DNA of 62,069 bases, filler included, from Choristocarpus tenellus KU-1152 (lineage: Eukaryota; Protista; Phaeophyceae): NCBI GenBank assembly GCA_964200185.2. It is 11 parts of 11 records of this genome, joined end to end, with 100 filler letters (N's around TTAATTAATTAA, not from the genome) between each part and the next. Parts side by side here need not be neighbours in the genome. Positions count along the whole stretch, not along the records: positions 1 to 16,191 come from CAXNAD020000864.1; 10 more parts are not named here. One strand, given 5' to 3'. The notes below the pieces were generated by a model that saw nothing but the letters and a program-made list of their open reading frames with translations, ran no database searches and had not been told where the DNA came from. This document shows positions 1 through 12,829 of the stretch, one piece after another. Within the stretch, counting starts at the first letter, position 1, and every line of letters begins with the position of its first letter. Made by a program: the position numbers and the translations under genes.

Positions 1-537
1 CCCCTCCCCCCCAGAAACTTAATCATCATGTGACATTTGATGACATCATGTGATGTATCAGATGCATACAGGGAACTAGGATTTCTCTCAACTCCACCCA
101 AGCTCTACCTGTCAAAGACTTGATCACAAGTTGATGTTATCCATGAAGCATCCACATGCAAGGAAGGTTACTATTTATTGGTTGTAGCACCACGGAGCGC
201 TCTGTAGGGCTATACAAGTACCTCCTTATGAAACCAAGGGTTAGGGTTATGGTGTCTTATTATTACCTGCATGGGACCCTTTGAGTGTAAACAAGTTGAG
301 CGGTTTGCCGAGCCTGACCCGTGGTAATAGGTGTATCAATACCTTAGGGTTAGGGTTAGTTGCTGTTGTGTCCAATTTGTGGGTATGCACCTACTGATTT
401 TTGTGTGATTTTTTTCTGACTACAGTTACACCTATATAATGACTACAGTTACATGCAATCAACCCTACCTATTCGGCAAAGTACATTATGTAGGATAAGA
501 GGTTCATCATCACTTTTTTTTTTTGCAAATGGTACAG

Positions 538-2836
538 GTGCCTCATGGGTGGAGACATCAGAACCGGCAATGGCATTCCCACCAACAGCATACAGTCCTA
601 GCTACTCCATTCTCTATGAGTCGAAGTAATGCTCGTAGTAGAATGGATGCCATCAACAACTATGTCTTCAAGTGAGAATGAAGCTGTGCGAATGTTTGTT
701 TGTGTTTTGTTACTGGTAGTAGTTGCATCTTGACACTGTGAATGTGGCTATCCATTGCCTAATAAGTACTCTATAGGGTGTAGTTTCTTTTCTCCTGGAA
801 GTTAGGGTTAAAGGTTAGGATGTATTGTTTTGACCAAATGCCTACATGGTTTTCAAGGAATGTCTCTTGTTTTGTGTCTATATGGCTGCCATGTGTATGT
901 ATGGTGTGAAGCTGTACTGGCCCCCCTTCTGAGCTGTTAAAATCAACCCTGTATATCAAGGAAAACACTTGATGTGATCACCTCTTTGATGAGCAATGGT
1001 CTGCTAGTAGTGTCATCTATCACTCCCTTTGTGTGTAAGGCCATGTTTTATCATGGCTCTTGACCTTGCAATCATTTTCTTGGATGAAAAAAGGCTCACT
1101 TCCCTAACACTTTTGCTGACTCTACCATCGTATGCATAGCTTCAACTTGAGTGCCTTGATCAGAGTTTTTCCTGGTATTAAACCCATCACAATTCTTTTT
1201 TAGCAAAATAGATCGTTTGTTACGTCAATGTATGTAGAATGAGTCATTCAACGCTTGATGGTCAGTCGAGTAGTACATGGAGATCTGGAGTTAAAGACTG
1301 TAAAAAACCATGCTAAGGTGTCATGTTAATTGCGTAGCAAAGGATTGAAGAAATATTTCACTTTTCCCACAGGTTGCATTTGTTCTCATGACATAGCGAA
1401 GCCTTTTGAACCACCTTCCACTTCAAACAATAGTTCCAGGTGTAAAGGTGTTACTTGTACAATGTATCTTCCTTTTTAATTTTCTCTTTAAGGGTAGAAT
1501 TTGGTTGCATGCGTGTTCATTGTATGTTCTTAGTCTTGACAGAGATAGTGTTGACGTTACCACAACTTATGTATTGGTGCTTTGTATCGGTGTTGTTGTG
1601 GCCTAATTGCATCCAAAGGCGAGCCACAGGGCCAAATAAGGATTCAGTACACCTACATGACACCAAGAGGTGGCGAGCAAGGGGGTTGTGGATCATGATA
1701 CTGGGGGGCATCTCCCTTGTGTTCAGTCTCATGATCGGGAACTTCCAGCCTAGGTGAGCACACTCCTTTTTGGTCCGCTGTTAGGGTTAGGGTTACATAA
1801 GGTTGGACATTTTTTCTTACTCTGTGCTCTTTGCCTTGTGTTCCCTTTGTCCACAGGCCTTGTGTGATAGCTATAGTAGAAATGACAATGATAAGGGGGT
1901 AGATACGTCTCGTTAGGAACACTATCTGCACAAGTCAACTGAATCACCGTTCTAGACATTCTGGGAAACAATTCTATCTAGGCACATTAGTTTGTTCTGC
2001 TGTTGTCTTGAGAATATTGGGTACCAACCCCCACCCACTCACCCCCCCATTGTGTACAAATCCAAGAGCAAAAAAACGGTGCCTATGCATGCAACTACGT
2101 TAAGATTTTATTTTGGATGACCTTTTCCATGGTTATATGACCACACCACAACAGATCCAAGCTGGAAATAGTGTTCATGTAGCATGATGTTGCCGTTACG
2201 TGTTGTCTGATACTTGAGTCGCAAGCGAATCACGTCCTCCACTATGTTGCCTGGAACCTGAGTTTGTCACACAAATGCGAGATGTTTTGTTTGCCCTAGT
2301 ACCTGTCCTAGTAGAGGATAGACTCCGTACAAACCAAAAAAAAGAAAAAAAAAGTCTGCCTTTCTTTTTATTATTTTAGGGTTAGGGTTGTGTAAGTATT
2401 AACTGTACCATGGTATTCAATAGGATCGGTTAGAGAGTTCCAGAGCTTTTTTTTCCCCTTCTTAGAAATGAACGATAGCGGCAGATTGTTTCCCAAATAG
2501 AATAAAATAAAATCGGACCATTCCACAGTAGGAACCAAGTTCCTGTGTTCTGGGCTTTTTTGCTACAGGAGGTATTTGTTGTTGTATCTCTTAGTGTGGC
2601 GTGTTTCATAGCCTGTATCAATCCACAGTCTTACGCCATCAATCCCCCTCCTTGAGCTGACATCTGTCCATTAATTGTCTTGATAGGTGTTGATTCTCTT
2701 GGTGTATTGTTCTCCCATCAAATCCTTGAACCTTGTTTTTGGATCAAGGTCTCGCTAACTGTATTGAACAACAGTTCATCTACTTTCTATCTGCCTTTTT
2801 TGTTTTTACAGGGCCAAGGGAAAGAAGTCCAGCTAG
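538..2836 (+). CDS. 3' part of a spliced gene for an uncharacterised membrane protein with a C-terminal TM helix and KKxx ER-retrieval motif
   Basis: Phase-compatible GT-AG exons: 538-671 (VPHGWRHQ...SRMDAINNYVFK), 1619-1753 (RATGPNKDSVHL...GLWIMILGGISLVFSLMIGNFQPR; CCTAAT branch-like site upstream, GTGAGC donor) and 2812-2836 (AKGKKSS*). The terminal exon choice is inferred; an in-frame alternative acceptor exists near 1857. Confidence 0.55.
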
Positions 2837-5796
2837 AGCGCCCCCATGACTTTGGTGACAGAGTGGTTGTGTCATCTGGACTCATTTATTTTTTATTTGT
2901 AGGTTGAATAAGAATACAACCAAGAGTATCTCAGGGGGAAAGGAAAAGAGGCATTTGAAGGAAGAGGATTTTAAAACACACTTTTATTCTTTTCTAATAA
3001 TCATGTGCATTGGTGAGCATTGGGAATCATGGTAGTGAATATGGTGTTTTGCGTTGGGGATTCCTTTCTGTATTGGTGTCCTATCACACTAGTCTGCATG
3101 TTATTGGGACTTTTTTGGTTGTGAACACTGGTCCTCTAAAAAGACTTGTGGTGAGTGTGTTTTTGTCTTTTGTGTGTTGTGGAATGAGGTCAAAAAGAGG
3201 GTGGTGGTGACTTGACCTTTCTTGCTTGAAACTGAGTCCAGCGCATTGAGTAATTTGTTTGTGCATGTGATTATTATACTCTGTAGATGTGTAGTCTTCA
3301 TCCTGTAGAGGGATGGTGATGTGATTTAGTCAAATATGATTAAATATAATGCAGAAAGGTCAAGTTTGAGGGAGGTACCTACTGCAATGAGGGCAGTACC
3401 AGGATTATTTTTTAGGCATGATGAGGTTTACAGGGTATCTCAACCTTGACCTCGATATTGTGATGGTAATCTGTGTAGTGTTTTAGTAAACAGGGGGCAT
3501 TGGATGGATTATTTGTTGGTTATTAGTTCGGCAGTGGCAAAGGATGAAAAGAAGGGTATCATATGTATGATGTATGTAATGCATAAAGCTGAAGTCAGTT
3601 ATTGAGCCATCATATATCTTAGAGGAGGTTGAAAATAGGCCCTTTCAAGTGTGTAGGGCTTTATAAATCCTTGGCCTGACAACCCATCTCCCATGCCTGA
3701 AATCCAGTCTACTCTCCTCAAGAGACTGTGCCTGTAGCAGAGGATGTGAGTCTTCATCCTCATGAGACCAGTATTGCTGTCCAGAATGCTAAAGCACATG
3801 CACCAGTAGGCAGTTGCAACGGCCTAATACTCTGCCCCTAAGTTAGGATGGCTAATTTCATGGTGAGAATGAGCATCCTTCATACAATGATGTCATCGCT
3901 GCCACCTCTGTTTATGTGGGGTACAGATATGGTCAATTTTATACATTCAGCAGAAGTAAGCAGCGTATCCCGAACATCTCACCCTAATTGAAGTGACCAA
4001 TTTGCCAGGGAATAAATAACCTTTCAGTGATGCTGGATGAGGTACAGCCCAATGGTTGACTCACAAATTTGGCAAGTGCACCTGTCAAGACGCTTCATCC
4101 TTTTAGGTAAAAGATGGCATAGACAGTCGGACAAAGCTTCTGAACAAATATAATTTTGAAGGATTTGGATTTCTGCCTGTAGTAGCTCCTCTCAACAATC
4201 AGTGGCAGACACCCCAATCATGTCTCTTGAGTCCCTTCTGATTCAATTTAACCAATATATTTTTCAGTGAAAGTTGAGGGGTTGTTGATTTCCTGTGTGT
4301 ATGCATGCACACTGTGTGCCCTGGTCGATTATTGTTGCGATACTTCATGCACCTTACTGCTAAAATTGAGTGAGTTATGTACCCAAGTCTCTTCCAATTT
4401 CGAACATGATGTCAAATAACTCGTAATCCATTCAGTAGTAATTTGTTGCACAAAAATAATTTTAGTGCGCACTTGCTTTATAGTATTGTAGAAGACATAC
4501 ATTGGATTATCAAGAGATAGGGAATACACTACAAGATGTAACTTTTTTTGCTCAGGAAGCCTACTTGAAGTGCAGCATCTTCGAGCCTTTTTGGTATGCA
4601 ACTTTCCCCGCCCCATACCCTCAGTATTTCTTTCGACCAAGGGATCGTATCACTATGCAACCAATGCAACATACTTTCAATGGAGTAGGCCAGTGTCCAC
4701 ACCTACCCCTCTTTTTCACGAGATTTGACGGCATACCAAGAGGACACAATATCGCCATAGTACGTCAGTAGAATACAGAAAATCGGCAGACACTTCTTAA
4801 CAAGAAAAAGTGCTGACCATAAAAAAATATTTTTATGGTCGCAACCAACAAAGTAGTAGTTAAGAGGTAGCCAAGGTTGTGTTTTAAATGGATACCGAGA
4901 AATTGCGAAAGCACCCCATTTTGTACAATTGGAGAGAGAGCCCTTACTGCATTATGGTTTCAGTTTGTGTCTGTAAAGTGGAAATATCAATTTTGTGCTC
5001 ACTTTTCTATTACCTGTCTGGTAAAGCAATTACTTACATATTCTGGTACTTGGTTGTCTGAAGTTCTGTATGCGTCTTGTACAGCCTACCATGTTCTATG
5101 TACCACTTACGAAAAGAATTGTGCTTGGCCAATGGATTCTGAAATTTATCACACAAAACTTTGGGAAGAATTAAGTCTACCCAGAAGAGATCTGAACATG
5201 AATGAACTTGGTGGATGGGTGGGGGTTTGGGCTTGATGGCGATTTAGTCTAGGGGGCGAAAACGTTGATGTTAATCACTGTCTGTAAGGTGAATAAATTT
5301 TCGATATTTTTGTACTAATCATTGATTTGGTCATTTGTTGAATAGACCTAGGGACCTTAATTCCAGGTTATGTCGGGTTCTCGTTATCATGTTAGTTTTG
5401 ACTCTTTAACCATCGGACAAATGCTTTTTATCTAGAGGTTCTATGAGACCAGATCAGTCTTCAGCTCAGTCACATAATGTGCCACTCTTTCAGCAACTGA
5501 TAGATATGTTCTTGTACTCCTGTACTTGAGTAAGGCATCAAATTGGTTCCAAAAGCCCTCTCCGTGGTTCTTTCACCCTAAATCTGCCATAGTCCACAAA
5601 GAGCGTTGAAGTAGGACCTAAGTCATCTGATCATAACCAGATCTCCATGTCAACATCCTCAGTAGTAAGTAGTAATACTGAATGTAGTGGAGGTAAAAAA
5701 ATACATCATTACCTATACCACAAACAGATTTTCCTAGTCATACAGTACCGACAACTAATCCGAAACCCATTTTTTATATCTTGAAGAAGGGGACAT

Positions 5797-6290
5797 AGTT
5801 ACAACCTCAACACCTCCACAGTGGAAAGTTTTAGGCGCCTTGGCAAGCAAGCGGAAAGTTTTCTGGATGAGCTAGCTACGCATGCAATAGGGTTGAGAGT
5901 GACAGAAGTCATAGCAGGAAGGGGGCTGTCAAATCCCATCTACAACCGATAGTTTCTGTCACAACACAGTCATACCTCTGCCAATTTCCTTTCTTAGCCT
6001 TGGGATGGTCATGCGCTTTAAGCTGGAGACACCAGGGAGATGGGCAAGGAGAAGCTTGTTACATTGGTGGGATACCTCCCCAGCCTCTCACCCTGGAGTA
6101 CAGGACTAAGCTAGGATAGACACAGGAAGGGAACAGTGCAGCATAGCTCGTTGTAAAATAGCGAGTAGATTAATGTTTTGCACATTTATGACAGTTACGT
6201 TTTTAGGGTTCATTCTTCTATGTGAATAGTTTTTATTTTTCCCCTGACACATCTGAAAAATGTTAGAGTGCATAAAAATATAATAAAAGG
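5797..6290 (+). mobile_element. CRE-like (RLE-bearing) non-LTR retrotransposon, decayed 3' fragment
   Basis: Encodes a YNLNT-VESFRRLGKQAESFLDELATH-like C-terminus matching the copies at 25960-26520 and 58925-59090. Ends in CCCCTGACACATCTGAAAAATGTTAGAG plus an A/TAA-rich tail. Confidence 0.65.
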
Positions 6291-6301
6291 TTACATTGTT
6301 G

Positions 6302-6605
6302 TTATTGTATAATTATATTATTGTGCCCTCTGACATTTTGCAGATGTGCCGGGAGGGGAAAAACCAATGAAAAACCGTTAATATGTAACACCGTTGCCCT
6401 CCTGTCCCCAACCTCGCTTAGTCGTGCACTCCCGGATGAGGAGCTAGAGAAGCACCCCAAGAATCTAACAAGCCCTTCCTTGCCCATCTCCCTGGTGTCT
6501 CAAGCTTAAAAGGCGTGACACCTCTAGATAGAGCTACTTGTGTTGTGACAGACAGTATCTGCCATGACGGGATTTGACAGCCCCTTTCCTGCTGTAGCTG
6601 CATTG
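6302..6605 (-). mobile_element. CRE-like non-LTR retrotransposon 3' fragment, tail-to-tail with the previous copy
   Basis: Minus strand reads ...GCQIPSWQILSVTTQVALSR..., followed by the same 3' UTR, stem-loop and (TAA)n-like tail. Confidence 0.65.
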
Positions 6606-6676
6606 TTATGAAAAGGAAATGTTTTTGTGAGGTGCCTTACCATTAACAACTAAATGTAGGTACATTGTTGTGTGTA

Positions 6677-6946
6677 CAGTGACCTAAAGTAAATGAGGGG
6701 TACCCACGTTTTGGTCGTTATGGAATTTAACTCCAGTTTTTAATCTTCTGTAATTCACCCATATTTCTATGGATCAAGTGGTAAGTTTGACTTGAGAGGG
6801 TTGATTTGTCTATTTTTGCTTGAACGTTTTCCACAGAATTTAGAAACTTTCCTATATGCATCTTTTTTTTTAAACGAATTTTGGACATATTTGTCAGCAT
6901 CCTTAAAATGCCAACTTTGGGTATTTCTTGTTCACTTTGGATCAGT
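6677..6946. mobile_element. MITE family A (Tc1/mariner-type, CAGTG end next to TA)
   Basis: Imperfect TIRs CAGTGACCTAAAGTAAATGAGGGGTACCCA ... TGGGTATTTCTTGTTCACTTTGGATCAG. Internal sequence is shared with the copies at 29861-30124 and 44625-44887. Confidence 0.6.
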
Positions 6947-7044
6947 AACAATCCATGCCATGAAGTTTTCGTCTTACATTATAATTATTATTTCTATGTT
7001 TGCATTCCTCCCTATTCCCCTTCCTCCCCACATTCTATCAACCC

Positions 7045-7370
7045 TTGTGACCAACCAGTGAGACCTCTTCAACACTGATTTCCAGCCACCATCCACCTCT
7101 GATGACCAACCAGGGTGACGCCCCCTTCGCCCCTGATTTCCAGTCACCCCCCACATTTGATGACCAACCAGGGCGAACCCCCTTTGCTACCGATTTCCCC
7201 TCACCCCCCACATCTGATGACCAGCCAGTGCGACCCCTTTGCCACTGATTTCCAGTCACCCTCCCTATCCAGTGATCAACCAGTGTGACCCCTTTTGCCA
7301 CTGATTTCCAGTCACCTCCCCTATCTGATGACCAACCAGTGCTACCCCTTTCGCCACTGATTTCCGGTCA
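7045..7370. repeat. Minisatellite, about 6 copies of a 55-58 bp unit
   Basis: Consensus CACTGATTTCCAGTCACCCCCCCATCTGATGACCAACCAGTGCGACCCCTTTGC repeated head-to-tail with no unique spacers. Confidence 0.9.
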
Positions 7371-7899
7371 CTACCACACCCTTCAACCCCACTCAATCCC
7401 ACACCACTCAACACTACTCCACAATCATCATCCAAGAATACCCCTTCATCGTCCCCTTCATGCCATGCCTTTGAGCTAGAAGACATCTACCCTGCCCGAA
7501 CTTGACCTCCCCTCCCACCCCAAGATCCAAATCTGTTGTGAGCAAGCAACAGGTCGGGTGGGCAGGAAAGCTTGCTCGGGGGTCGTCTTGATCTAGTCCT
7601 CCTCGTCCTGCCACTCCAGCCTCAGGTTCCTCTTCGATTCAATACTGTCCATTCCTTCTCCACACCTCCCTCCGCCTGCCAACCATTTTCTTAACTCCTC
7701 CCCTCCCTCTCTCAACCACTCAGTATCTAACTCTTCGTTCCCTTCTTGCTAACTTTTACTTCTTTCCTGTTCCCTCCCTTACCCTGCGCCCCCAACCAAC
7801 CAGAATTCTTCCGCCCACAAAACTCAGATTATTTCGTAAACTTTCCCACTTCCTCTTTCCCTAAGTGTACACCATGCCCATGGTGGATTGTCGGGGCCA

Positions 7900-9567
7900 C
7901 AAAACACACAGCTCCTTATTGAATACGTTCTACCGTTCCAGGAAATCTCCCAGCCATTGACAGCCTTTGGGTGTATTTAGTCAGCATATGCAATCAATAA
8001 GATGTCCCTAAGCAGTCTTCCGTCAGGGTTATTTCCAGTTGTTCAACAATTTGTGTCAACCGAATCTGATGGTTATGTTGTATGACGAACATCATCTAAA
8101 ATACGATTCATTGCTGTTATGCAACGTAAAGTATATTTATCAACAGACACAGTTTCTTCCTGTTTCAAGGATGTTGATCTACAGGCTGATACACTTACAC
8201 CATACGTGGGAGTAAATGCATTGATAAAGGCTTTCTGGACATCATCCCACGTCTTTGGAGGTGTAATGGGGACAGGGGTGTCAAGGGACGATTGCAATCT
8301 AGCCAAATCACTTGTTGAATGCCATTCTATCGTACCAGCCAACGCCTGAAAATAAAATGTTTCGGCAGGTCTTTGAAGAATTTTTGGTAAAAATTCTACA
8401 CAACGAGCATCAACTGTTTCAGGGGATGCAGGACCGTACTGACTAGAATGCGGAGATATTGCCACATGCCATTTAGAGAACAGAAGTGGCAAATCTTCTT
8501 CTCCAGAACCTGTGATTGTCAGACCAGACGGGATTTCCGAAGTGGAAAACTTAAAATGACCCCCTCCCGACATTGGTTGTGGGTGCAAGACATCGCTGCT
8601 CTGTTCAACAGGTTTTGCGTGACTGACACCATTTCCCCAAACTCGAAGCTTCAACAGATCCTGAAGCCATTGAGAAGGCACAGTGTTCTCGCACACTCAT
8701 TCACATGGTTCACAATGAATGCTGGAACAGCATTTCCGAACTGAGCCTGAGAATTGGCCGCATCACAAGCAGTGGAACTTGGAGGCAGGAAAGGATCGTC
8801 CTGAAAAAGGACCCGACGAGTGTCACAGTCGCCCGAGCTGACACGATGCTCAAAGGTCCACGACAGGGGCCTGGTATGAGCCTGACGATCTGTGGGGGGG
8901 AAGGGGGGGAACCTTATCTATGCTCGGCAATTGGTACACTGTTAGACGATGTGGATGAGAGGTTAGACTAATCCGAATCATGATTTGTTGAGGATTCCAT
9001 GTCTTCTGTTGACTCGTGCTCCTGAACTTGTTCCTCTGATGTTCTGGATTCTTCCAGATGCTGGGCCAGGCACTCTTGTTCACGACGTTTACGCCACAAT
9101 CTTGCATTCGGCATCTTAGTTAGTGGTCAAAATAAAAAATTACCCGTCACCCTATTTCTGAGTTCATCGGTGTCACCGATGTGAATCGTGTGATTCTTTG
9201 GTGCCGTGGTTCACTCAAGTAAGGGTGGCAAAGAGAATCACCGAGCAAGACGGACTAGATGAACCAAGACAAACTGTAACCGAGAGTACGAGGTTAAGGT
9301 TGGACAAGTGCAAGACTGCAAAGACTTGCAGGGAAAATTGAGGAGTGATGAGCATCTTCAGAGAGGGGGATCATCACCAAAAGCCAAACGTGAGAACAAA
9401 GTAAATATTTCATGTTTGACAACTCTGAATGAAGAGCAGTCCCAAATCTGTGGAGCTGGTCTCTTGAAGAGATTCCATGGCTTCATTCTCACGGAAGATC
9501 TGCCAGTGGAATCATGGATGCTTGACAAGGAACCTCAATAGGTACAACGGTATAACGGTATATGACA
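7900..9567 (-). mobile_element. Ty3/gypsy-like LTR retrotransposon 5' remnant (LTR about 9180-9567, decayed gag)
   Basis: ORF 8073-8696 has a Retrotrans_gag-like motif (TWDDVQKAFINAFTP...SLKQEETVSVDKY). Candidate ATG at 9114. Upstream on the minus strand lies a TGTCA...TCACA segment followed by a PBS-like TCGGTGACACCGATG. A related segment occurs at about 32815-33113. Confidence 0.65.
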
Positions 9568-9624
9568 TAGGAGAATAATGGTATCACAACATACAAAGAT
9601 GCTTTCCACAATAGGGACAAGCAA

Positions 9625-11490
9625 AAAGCCCTCTTATATCCCGATCCTCTCTTATTTATATAAGAGCTATTTTCTCTTAAACCGAGGGATCGTGATAAGA
9701 GAAACCTATGTTATATGGAGTAGTGCTCATAGGCACTTTTATACTTATTATCGAACGACGACAGAGCAACAACCCTGCCGTATGTGCTTCCCATGTGCCT
9801 TCAAGAGTAGATACATGTAGATACATATTGAACATTGCCCTCAGTGAGCCCATTTCGATGAAGCTGTGGTGGTGCAGCAAGCACCACATCTGCACCAACC
9901 CTGCACAGTATACCACTGTCATATGTATGCAGTACTAAAACTTTGGTAAACTACACTCATTACGGTGTTTTCACTCATATGTATAGTACAGCTCCCCAAG
10001 AAAAGCATGCGCAAGCCGTTGGATGACTTGATAGACAACTCACGGTTCAAATCAGATCAACGTTCAAAGCCAATCTTCCTCCGATGCTCTGCACTACGCA
10101 TTATATTTTACTCTACAAGGATATTATACAGTACAGTATCAAAAACGCCACCGTAGATCAAATGCAGCTGCACCACCACGCATCCCCCATCGCACACACT
10201 GAGTAAAACAACATATTCACTAATAAAAAAATGCGACTGCCAAAAAAATCGCGAATGTCTGCTTGTTTGATTGCCCTTGCCCCAATTGCGCTGAGCCAAG
10301 TCAGCTTTGCTTTCTGGAGATAATACGAAACATATTTCATGCTGCACTCTTCAGCTGTTGTATCTAAGCTTGCAAACTCGTCAGCTACTTGAGAGTGCGA
10401 TGGTGGAGGAATCAAGAACACTGAATAGGCTGCTCCTTTCCTCATGCCCCCTGATACGCTGCCCCCCCCCATAAACCCATTGTCCTCCTCATCAGCCGAG
10501 CTTTCATAGTCTGACTGGTACAATGATTCCTCGAGCAGCTGGCCTTTCAGGTCCTCTAGTATCGCATTGGCTTCTTCATCATTATCCTCCACATCAATCC
10601 ACACTCTCACTGTGCCGATGGAAGCCTGAGATGGTTCTGCACAACGTCAAGAGCATTGGAGAGATCCTATTCAACACGGTCGCTCCTCGTGCCGACACTC
10701 AAGTGCTGCATGATGTGCATCAGCTCATCGGTGTGCTCAACAGAGTTGTCAGTGCTGGAGGTGAACTTGTTCAAGGTACAAGTAGTATTGACAACTTTGA
10801 GGTCAGCTCCGCTTGGACAGGGGCGGGGAGGATGTTGACCTCTTTCTTGTTATCGTGGTATTTCAACACCATGTTGACACCGACTGGAGGAATCGAAGCT
10901 TTGTGCTCGGTGGGGATCATGCACAATTGGCATATGTGTTTTATTTCGCTGGTGCCAAAAGGGATCCACGACGCTGTAAATGCCATGAGATAGCCGCTAC
11001 AAACGCAACACTTATGACAAGTACAGTGTGGCGGACCAGGAATATTACCCTGTATGTTGCAGCTGGATCCCGCTGCACAGGGCATCGTTATATCTGTACA
11101 ATGCAGTCGTCTAAACTTGATGTAATATACTGTGTGTACTGTACTGTTCAGTACGGAGAAACTTTAGACTGTTATGCTGTGTCCTACTGATCTCGAGCAG
11201 CTTAGTGGCTTATTACTGTTCAGTACTGAGAGACATTAGACTGTTGTGCTGTGTCCTACTGATCTCGAGCAGCTTTGTGCCTTCGTTCTATTTTACTTAA
11301 CTTTATACATGGCTTTTTGTGAAACCCCTCGGTCAATTAGTGAAAAAAAATGCAAGTTTGCTCGATATAAGAGAGAATTGGCAGGAAAACGCCGAAGCCC
11401 TCTCTTATATACTGAAAAGTCGTCACAACATAATTTAACCTCTCGTATATCCCGCTTTCTCTTATATCAACCTCTCTTATATAGATATAC
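9625..11490 (-). mobile_element. pogo/Tigger-like DNA transposon remnant
   Basis: ORF 10158-10610 has an acidic region followed by KQADIRDFF, the typical pogo/Tigger C-terminal KQxxIxDFF motif. An NILP motif lies upstream, and both flanks carry clusters of CTCTTATAT/ATAAGAG repeats. No DDE core is recognisable. Confidence 0.55.
11142..11282. repeat. 72-bp tandem duplication
   Basis: TACTGTTCAGTAC(G/T)GAGA...CTACTGATCTCGAGCAGCTT present twice, starting at 11142 and 11214. Confidence 0.9.
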
Positions 11491-12829
11491 CCTAATCATT
11501 ATTGCCATTACCATTGTTTTCATTGTTATATCATCATTAATAGTGTTAAAAATAGAGTGCACAAGATGAAATTCATTATTGTGTTTTGTTCAACGGCGAT
11601 AAGAAAACCCACTACCAAAACAGTATGTGCAAAATAAAATTCACTATATAAAAAAAATGCAAAAAACAAGAAACCACCCGAAGGTGACAGGCAAATTCAA
11701 ACCATCTTCAACGTGGTTGGTGGGTGCTTCGTGGCGAAAGAGCAGTCTGCCATAACCTGTGCTAGCTTCCATCTATTTCAACCCTCCCCTGGACATTCTT
11801 CATTGGATTGAGCGATGGAGGTAGATCTTTGTCCAAATGGTGTCAACTTCTATCGCTCACCCTGTCTGTGGCTAAAGCAAGTAAGTGGGGATCGAAGCAT
11901 AGGCTGGGTAACAGATGTGACTGGTCAAACGGGTTTTGATGCATTGCTTTTTGGAATGAACGAGGTCCGTATTTCGCAGGAACCGAAGCAGGTTTGTTTT
12001 TGGCAGCACAGACAGTGGGCGATGAGTTCTGGGTTATGACAGGTTGAAGCATCGGTGCGAGGATTACCAGTACACTGTTGACAACCTCTTGGTGTTGCAT
12101 TGAAGTTTGGCTTGATACCTTCTCATGCATGGACGTCCTGTTCTGGCGAGGTAGTCCTAGCTCCTCCCAAACGATTGGGGTTTTAGCTGAGGCAGCGAAA
12201 GGGTGTAACATGCTAGCAAACATAGCACGCGCATCTGCCATGCTACCCAAACCATTGTGAGTCTTGTCCTTGAACCATGCACCTTTGGTAGCATTTTGGT
12301 TGGCTGGGACAAATGCGTATTGGTTGCTTCGATTTGATAATTCCTCTATCAGATCATCAAACCATTGAGTGTTCACCCGGGGGTCTTATACCAACGCCCA
12401 ACGTCATAATGCTTTTCACAATTTATTATTATTATGCCCGGTGGTGACATTTTCCAGATGCTTTTCACTCTTGTTTCGAACTTGAATGGGAAATTTCGTA
12501 AAATTTGGTAATGAAAAACACTATGATTGGCAAAACATGGGTTGATAAGACTTTCCGATAGTGAATTTATGATGAATTTCATTTTTGCGCACCCTAAAAT
12601 ATTGATATTAATATTGTTATATATTGGTGTTACTCCCATCAATATTATTGCTATTATTATTATGCCCTCTGACATTTGTAGATATTTCAGGGGGGAAACC
12701 AATGAAAAAAAATTATACACATTGTTTAGCCCTAACCCTAATTTTTATTACATGTGATCATAATCATCATTGTTGATGTTCTCGGTATTATTACTCTTGT
12801 TATCATCATTGCTATTATTGTAATATTGG

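Noticed and set aside
4329-4640. ORF with PMYVFYNTIKQV...ITTEWI, reminiscent of the DEAH helicase OB fold
   Set aside because: Short resemblance only, with no convincing splice sites or other helicase exons nearby.
7045-7370. CRISPR-like regular repeat
   Set aside because: The whole unit is repeated with no unique spacers, there are no cas genes, and the context is eukaryotic. The same applies to 16529-16654.
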